Shown: in pieces, positions 57,576-64,000 of the stretch
How positions within the stretch are numbered: the first letter of the stretch is position 1
How the letters are laid out: each line of letters opens with the position of its first letter
Origin: Amoebidium appalachense
Taxonomy: Eukaryota > Protista > Ichthyosporea
Length of the DNA: 64,000 nt
NCBI GenBank assembly: GCA_963693365.1
Contig: CAVNZM010000004.1
Location: 7,043,093-7,107,092, forward strand
Reading direction: 5' to 3'
Position numbers and translations under genes: made by a program
The notes under the pieces: model-generated
Database searches by the model: none
What the model was told of the DNA's origin: nothing
Seen by the model: only the letters and a program-made list of their open reading frames with translations

Positions 57576-57691
57576 CCGCAGAGGCCATCATCTGGCGGCG
57601 CACGATGGGGCTGCTTGGTCTGGCCATGTCGACTATGATCAGAGAGGACACGTGCAGCAGAGACCCCATACCTGGCTGTAGGCTATCCTGA
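52763..57691 (+). CDS. Two-domain (3/3-fold) globin A with Ser-rich N-terminal extension and C-terminal CaaX box, 6 exons
   Basis: Exons ~52763-53272 (start uncertain, alternative ATG 52892), 54720-54977, 55375-55575, 56246-56330, 56764-56889 and 57576-57691 (TGA). Domain 1: [49 protein letters not shown]. Domain 2: [32 protein letters not shown]. Ends PGCRLS*. Confidence 0.88.
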
Positions 57692-58964
57692 TGTTATAAT
57701 TTTTTAAAATCTTAAAATGTAAATTGGAATGCTCCTCGGTTCCTTGATTCCCTCTTTGGGTGGATATGATTTCCTTTAACTGTTACAGCAGCTTAGAAGG
57801 AAAGACCTTCGCATCATGAAATTATGGCACTCAGGTGTGTGAACGAGCTGGCCTTACCATTGTCCGCTAAGTTTCAGTAATCGCTGCAATTGATGTAGGC
57901 TAGATTACTGGTGACTGTGGCGAGATTTGCTCGCTTTTCTCAAAGTTTCACTACTAAAGGTCTTAGATTAGGATAGAAATCTCGAAAACTTTGGCTGTTG
58001 TCATGAAATCCCCAGCCATAATTATAAGACCCCAACTATTGATATCTTCAGTAAGGTGACGACTGCACATGGCTCAATAGCTGTCATAATAACTGTTTTA
58101 TCTCTTTTCTCTCTCTTTCTTGCCATATTTAGACAGCAAGTTGCCATTATATAGGGTCATCATGCAGTTTGACAATTCCCCAACAATACTTTCACCGGTT
58201 GAGTGTTATTATATATGCCATCATTCACACGTGTATGTTATCAGTACTCGAGTTAAGCACGAATGCTCCCTGTAATAATGTGTTACGATTAGCCAGTAAT
58301 CCTACTTCTAGCATTAAAAATTGGCACTATTACTAAACATGTTACTACACGACTTGTATGCTCTGACGACGAGCCAACGAGCAAGATTTTGAGGTCGATG
58401 ACGTGAAGTAGAAATAAACGTACTCGCATACTCAAGATAAAGCACAACTCGTTTGCTTGCTTGTTTGCAGCTGAGAGGCAACTGCAGTCGCCCATCACCA
58501 CCCACCAACGGCAACACACAGCCCCCCCCCCCCCAGAAAAAAAGAAAAAGGAAAAAAAAAGAAAAAAAGAAAGAATCGAGAAGAGCCTCCCCCCCCCCCC
58601 CCCCCCCCCCCCTGGCAGTGTGGAGACATCGTGTTCTGTACACGTTGGCGACTCAGGCTGGCCAAAAATTGCTGGATCGCACGCATGCATGCAGGCATGA
58701 ACGCGGCATGTGTTCATGTTCATGCATGAATGTGTGGGTGAATGTACAGATACTATGTGTGCTCGTCACTGTGCGCATGTGTTTTAGGTGTGACTGTGTG
58801 TGTGTGTGCGTGTGTGTGTGGCCCGGCGGAGGCGCGGGGGGGGGGGGGGGGGGGGGGGGAGGGGGAGGGGGGGGAGGGGGGGGGGGGGGGGGGGGGGGGG
58901 GCGGGGGGGGGGGGGGGGGGGGGGGGGGGGGAGGGAGGGAGGGAGGGACACTCTTGTGCGTGTG

Positions 58965-59375
58965 TATGATACGTTTGTACAACATGTGTGCGTGTGTGTG
59001 CTTTAATGTGCACATGTTTGTGTGTGTGCGTGTGAGGGGGTGGCACTCTTTTGCGCCGTGTATGATACGTTTGTACATGTACAACATATATCTGCATGTA
59101 TGTGGCACTGCACATGTGTGCGCTTATGTGTAACGTTTGTGTGTGTGCGTGTGTGTGTGTATGCGTGTGGCTGTGTATGTGTGTGTGTGTGAACATGTGT
59201 TTGTGTGTGTAGATGTGTGTGAACATGTGTTTGTGTGCATGTGTGCGGTGTGTGGGTGTGGCCATGCCGGCGGGTGTGCCGTCCCGTGTGTCTGTGCACA
59301 ACAACGTTGTTGTGTGACTCACAGGCTGTGTGTCTGTGCGTGTCACGTGTCACCTGGTGCACGTCAATATGTGTG

Positions 59376-59431
<56 letters not shown>

Positions 59432-59760
59432 TGTGTATATTATGTCTAGATCTCTCGAGCTCCCACTGTACGTGTGCGTGCGTGTGTATGTGTGACAGTC
59501 ACTGTGATTGTGTGTGTCACAGTGTACACGTGTGTGTGTGTTTGTGTGTTTTTGTGTGTCTGTGTGCGCAAACGCGCGAATGCATATGCATGTGCTTGTG
59601 CGTGTGCCCCGTATGAGTATTATGCCAATATTAGTGTGTGTTTTCGTTTACACACGTCTTGACGTGTGTGTGTGTGTGCACACGTGTGCGGGTGTGCCAC
59701 GGTGTGTGTGACTGCTGCACGTGTGTGTGTGTGTCACGTTCGTATATACTTGTGTGGGTT
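58965..59760. repeat. Degenerate (GT)n-rich tract between the globin paralogs
   Basis: Visible directly; preceded by a ~95-nt poly-G tract at ~58836-58945. Confidence 0.9.
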
Positions 59761-60994
59761 ACCGTGTAGCTGTTACCAGTATGACTCATGATCAGCGCGT
59801 CACGGCCGCGGCGTCCTGGTTGCGTGCGTGTACACGTGTACATGTACATGTTCTTCTTGGCGGAACTTCTTGCTGTCAGGCAGCTGGGATACCAGCCAGC
59901 GTGCACGGTAACATTGCAGTGCATGGTGCTCTGGTGCCAGTAGCCTCTGGAGGAATGTGGTAGACATGCCAGCCGTGCCCGGTGGAAAAAGGGTCGTGGG
60001 ACCAGGTGGGACCGAGTCTTCGGTGCACGGGGATCCTGCCAGCACCGCCGATAAATGACGTCATGATCAAGGGGGATACCCCAGCTGGCTAGTGGCCGCA
60101 GGCTGGCAGCCTGCATGGGCCTACTGTTCAATCTCTAGCTCGCCGGCTATGGTACGACACGTATGTTTCACGGCCCAGATAATATGGCAAATATAGAAAA
60201 CTAACAAAGGATGTCGAATAAAACGATCAAACTTACAGTATTTTGTGCACAACGATTACAAACAAACGGTGTCTGGCAAAGAAGACAGGCATCATAGAAG
60301 TTCCCCGAATTCCAAATCTAATAATGTACAATAAAATGAACCAATGGAAACCGTTGGTTTAGTGATTGTTACTATTACAAACAGGTCCTAGGTGTGTTAT
60401 TGTGCAGAAAACAGAGCATAAAAAGCTAAAGACACTAAAAGCCTAGAAAGACTGTTGATCAATAATGTTTCTAGCAATCCTAGCTGGAGCGGTTGAACCT
60501 GAGCAAGTTGCCAAGGACTTGTGGACGGTGGACGAATCGTGAAGCTGATCAGAAGATAAAACTGATAGGAGATAAGACAAATGGACGAATCAGTACTGCG
60601 GATCTTGTTAGATGTACATAGATTCACCTTCCTCGAGAATTCCAGATCTAGAATTCAGCGATTTTTTATCGCTGATCTATTCTCCTCCTCAGCTCTCCTC
60701 TTATCTTCCTTTTTAGTATCTCGTGCTTCCATGTAACACTGTATGTGTCGATGTTATTTGGCTCTTTAATTTTTACGTAAAAAGCAACATAATAATATAC
60801 CACCTTTTCTGTCATGAATCTCATGATCATATATTTTATGATCAAATCTGTCCACACACATTCCACAGGCTGGCCTCGGGTGTAGGGAGATCACGGCTGC
60901 GCGAATAGTCAACCTGTGAGCTCAGAAACGTGAGGAACACACACACCATTACCTACATACAATACATGCGTTCGTTTTCCTTTCCTTCCAAAAA

Positions 60995-62052
60995 ATGGCT
61001 AAGTTAGAAAGCGTTGTAAAGGCGAACACCTACATTCTCCCACCCCTTGCCACCGAGATAGACCACGATTTGAAGAGCGCACACGCAGCAAAGAGGAATT
61101 TGAAGGTGGCGGGAAACGACACAGAATTGCACGATTTGCACCTAATAATGACCAACCCACCCATAACAACTTCAACAACAAGCCCAAACGAAACCCATAA
61201 ATGTGGACGGAATCTCACCGTTTTTAGTTCCACGGAAATCTCCAAGGCTAAAAAATCACCCCTTTTGCAGCGGTGGGGCGCCAACGTCATGAAAAGACTG
61301 TCCGGTAGCTCTCTGCCCGGTTCCAACGACAGTTTACACTCGGACTCTGACGGCTCTGTGCATCCGCACATTTCAAAAAAGGCGCCGTGCCCACCATCAC
61401 CCCTACTACCAAATGCAAATAACACTAGTAGTCAAGATGAAAACACAGTTGTTGCATGCAGTACCAGTGCTTATCTGTCACAGGAGCGGCAGGAGGCCAT
61501 TCTCAAGTCGTGGCAGGATGCATTTTCGCGACGAAGAAACGGTGGTGCCACTCTCTTCAGTTCTTTTTTCGAAGGTGTATACGTCAGGTTGTTTGATATC
61601 TGCCCAGAGGTTTGTATTGACCCCCCCCCCCCCCCCCCCCCCCCCTCCCCCTTCCCCCGGCCCGCCCAAGGGTTTTCCCCTCCCTACGTAACGGAAAAGA
61701 AAAGAGAACAGAGATGGGGAAAAAAATCCGTGGCCGATGAAAAGAAAGCCAGGCATACATTCGGCGTGTCACATTATTCATTCACATCACACAATGCAAG
61801 GACCTGTTGCTTGCAATTGCGGTTCCGAGCTGTTGTGTTTTATTAGGTTTTAATCCGTTGGACCCAGAGAAAAAACCGTGTGACAATAATTGATCATTCT
61901 TATACAACCCCCCCCCCCCCCCCCCACACACACACACATAAACACACACGTGCACACCACACACACACGTTCGCACACACGCACACACGCGCGCGCGCGC
62001 GTGCGTGCGCGTGTGTACACAAACTCTCTCTCTCTCACATATACACACACAA

Positions 62053-62083
<31 letters not shown>

Positions 62084-63052
62084 TCGTTAACTCCTTCCAC
62101 TACTGTTCCCTTCTCTTTCCTGTGAAAAACAAACTTGTACACCTGCAAGACTTCAAAAATTGTAACCATATAATATCCAACACAGGCCAAATTTGTGTTT
62201 GGCACGGGAAACACCGTCCGAAAAGCCCTGAAGATCGCCAAAGCCGTGAACCTACTTATGGAGAAAATGGGCAACCAATCACAATTTGAGTCAACCGTGC
62301 GTTCATTGGCTGGCCTACACGTTGCAATCAACGTGACCGAGAAAATGTTCGAGGGTTTGGGCCAGGCACTGTTGGAGAGTCTGGCTGAGAGGCTGGGGGA
62401 TGAGTGGACGGACGAGGTTCGGGACTCGTGGGTGGCCATGTACACACTGGTGGGTGAATTCTAAGTAGCTACGTACGATCATGTCCTTCAACTCAAAAAA
62501 AAGAAAGAATTGTTTTTGAAGACTCTTAGTATGATAGCCTCTTATAATACCCATCTGATATCATGGTTGAAGTCTTAATGGTCTCATTAAGCTTGATACG
62601 TGAGTCTTCAACCTTTTGAATTGTGCAATAACCGCCCCTCCCCCCCGCTTTCCACCCCTTTCAGGCTGTCTCTATCCTTCAGAGTGAAATGGCCCTTCTA
62701 CGGGGGGACAAAAAGAAGCAAATTGATTGGCTGGTGAGGTCTCTGGGGCCCAGAAAGGACCAATTGCTGGCCACGTGGGGGCAGGTCGAGAGGCAGGCGG
62801 AATTTGCTGGCAAGTTCTATGCCCGGCTGTTTGAGGAGTGCCCGGAGGTCAAACCAATGTTCCAGGTAGGACATTTACGACACCCTGATGATGTCGGGAG
62901 TATGTTTAGAAGTTTGGCCACCCAGTATGTTGTACACACACACACACATGCACATGCACGTGCGCTCGCCTGTGCGCCCATGCACGCACACGCACACACA
63001 CACACGCAGATGTATGGTCGCGCACGCGCGCGCGCACACGCGCGCGCGCACG

Positions 63053-63118
<66 letters not shown>

Positions 63119-64000
63119 CACACATACAAACGTGCAGACAGACAGACAGACAGACAGACGCATACAAACGTGCACGCGCGCACACACACACACGCACACA
63201 CACACACACACACTTTTTTCCAGAATCGGCGCTCACCTCATATGCCTGACACACAGAACAAGCCGGCACAGCAACACAGGGCCCTTGCCGGGTCCATTGG
63301 GGAGCTACTGAAGATCATCGACAGACAGGACAGGCTGGGTAGGTCCCAGCCCATATGTATGGCTTACAGTATTTACAAAGAAAAATGTTGTATGTGCACA
63401 TCTTGACATGGTGCATGCGTGCTGCGTACGTGCGCGCATGAGTCCCGGCACCGCGCACATACAGTCACACTCACATAAGCACACGTATATACCGTAGCAC
63501 GTGCCCGCCCGCACGTACACACACACACAGATAAACTGCTACAGCCTGTCACCGCCTGCCAGCATCGTGCTGCGCCTGCACACACACAACACGCACCAGC
63601 CTCAGCCTGAGAGATGTTTCACTGTCTGGCACACGCACACACCATACAAACACTGGTAGAATACGGCATAGTGTGAACTTACGTATCGAAGAACTCTCCG
63701 TATACCTTTTTTCATTGGGTATCTATAACTTCATGATGTATGCCAGCCCCATCGTGCCCGGCGGCGCATATAATGAAAATATGGTCACTCATGGTCATAT
63801 TATGCATCCAACTTCAGTGATGGGCGTAATTTAAAATTTTGAACTTAAACCAAAGGTAATCAATGATGAACCAATCAAACCACAGAGGTCCGGCTGAAGG
63901 CGCTTGCCCGCATCCACGCGCACCTGACCATCACGCCCGAAATGTGCCACCACTTCTGCAACTGCATGGTGGAGACCCTCAAAGCAGAACTGCACCCCTA
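60995..64000 (+). CDS. Two-domain globin B (tandem paralog of globin A), 3' end beyond the window
   Basis: Exons 60995-61609, 62186-62449, 62665-62865, 63224 (or 63257)-63338 and 63886 to beyond 64000, with the same intron positions as globin A. Domain 1: [39 protein letters not shown]. Domain 2: [32 protein letters not shown]. Confidence 0.88.

Overview
Eukaryotic genomic DNA using the standard code, with GT-AG introns and CTAAC branch points. It is extremely rich in poly-C/poly-G, poly-A and (CA)n/(GT)n tracts, so most ORFs in the supplied track are low-complexity artefacts. Joining exons by hand (phases checked) gives six host genes: an AT-hook + bHLH-ZIP transcription factor with a non-canonical basic region (+, 8022-13729); an acylphosphatase (-, 17215-19798); a predicted secreted protein with three tandem DJ-1/PfpI (Hsp31-like) domains (+, 28295-37005); an AGPAT3/4-like lysophospholipid acyltransferase (+, 40027-48421); and two tandem paralogous two-domain globins (+, ~52763-57691 ending in a CaaX box, and 60995 to beyond 64000). 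A transposon-dense island at ~21-27 kb holds a decayed ISL2EU/Harbinger-type DDE transposase convergent with a decayed Exo1/XPG-family nuclease gene, a 2.9-kb non-autonomous hAT-like element (13-bp TIR, 8-bp TSD), and a family of ~180-bp MITE-like elements with 9-bp TSDs inserted in tandem and into themselves. A palindrome-array MITE lies at ~49.8-50.2 kb. The organism cannot be identified from sequence alone; the gene content is compatible with a unicellular opisthokont (inference). All family assignments come from motif recognition, not database searches.
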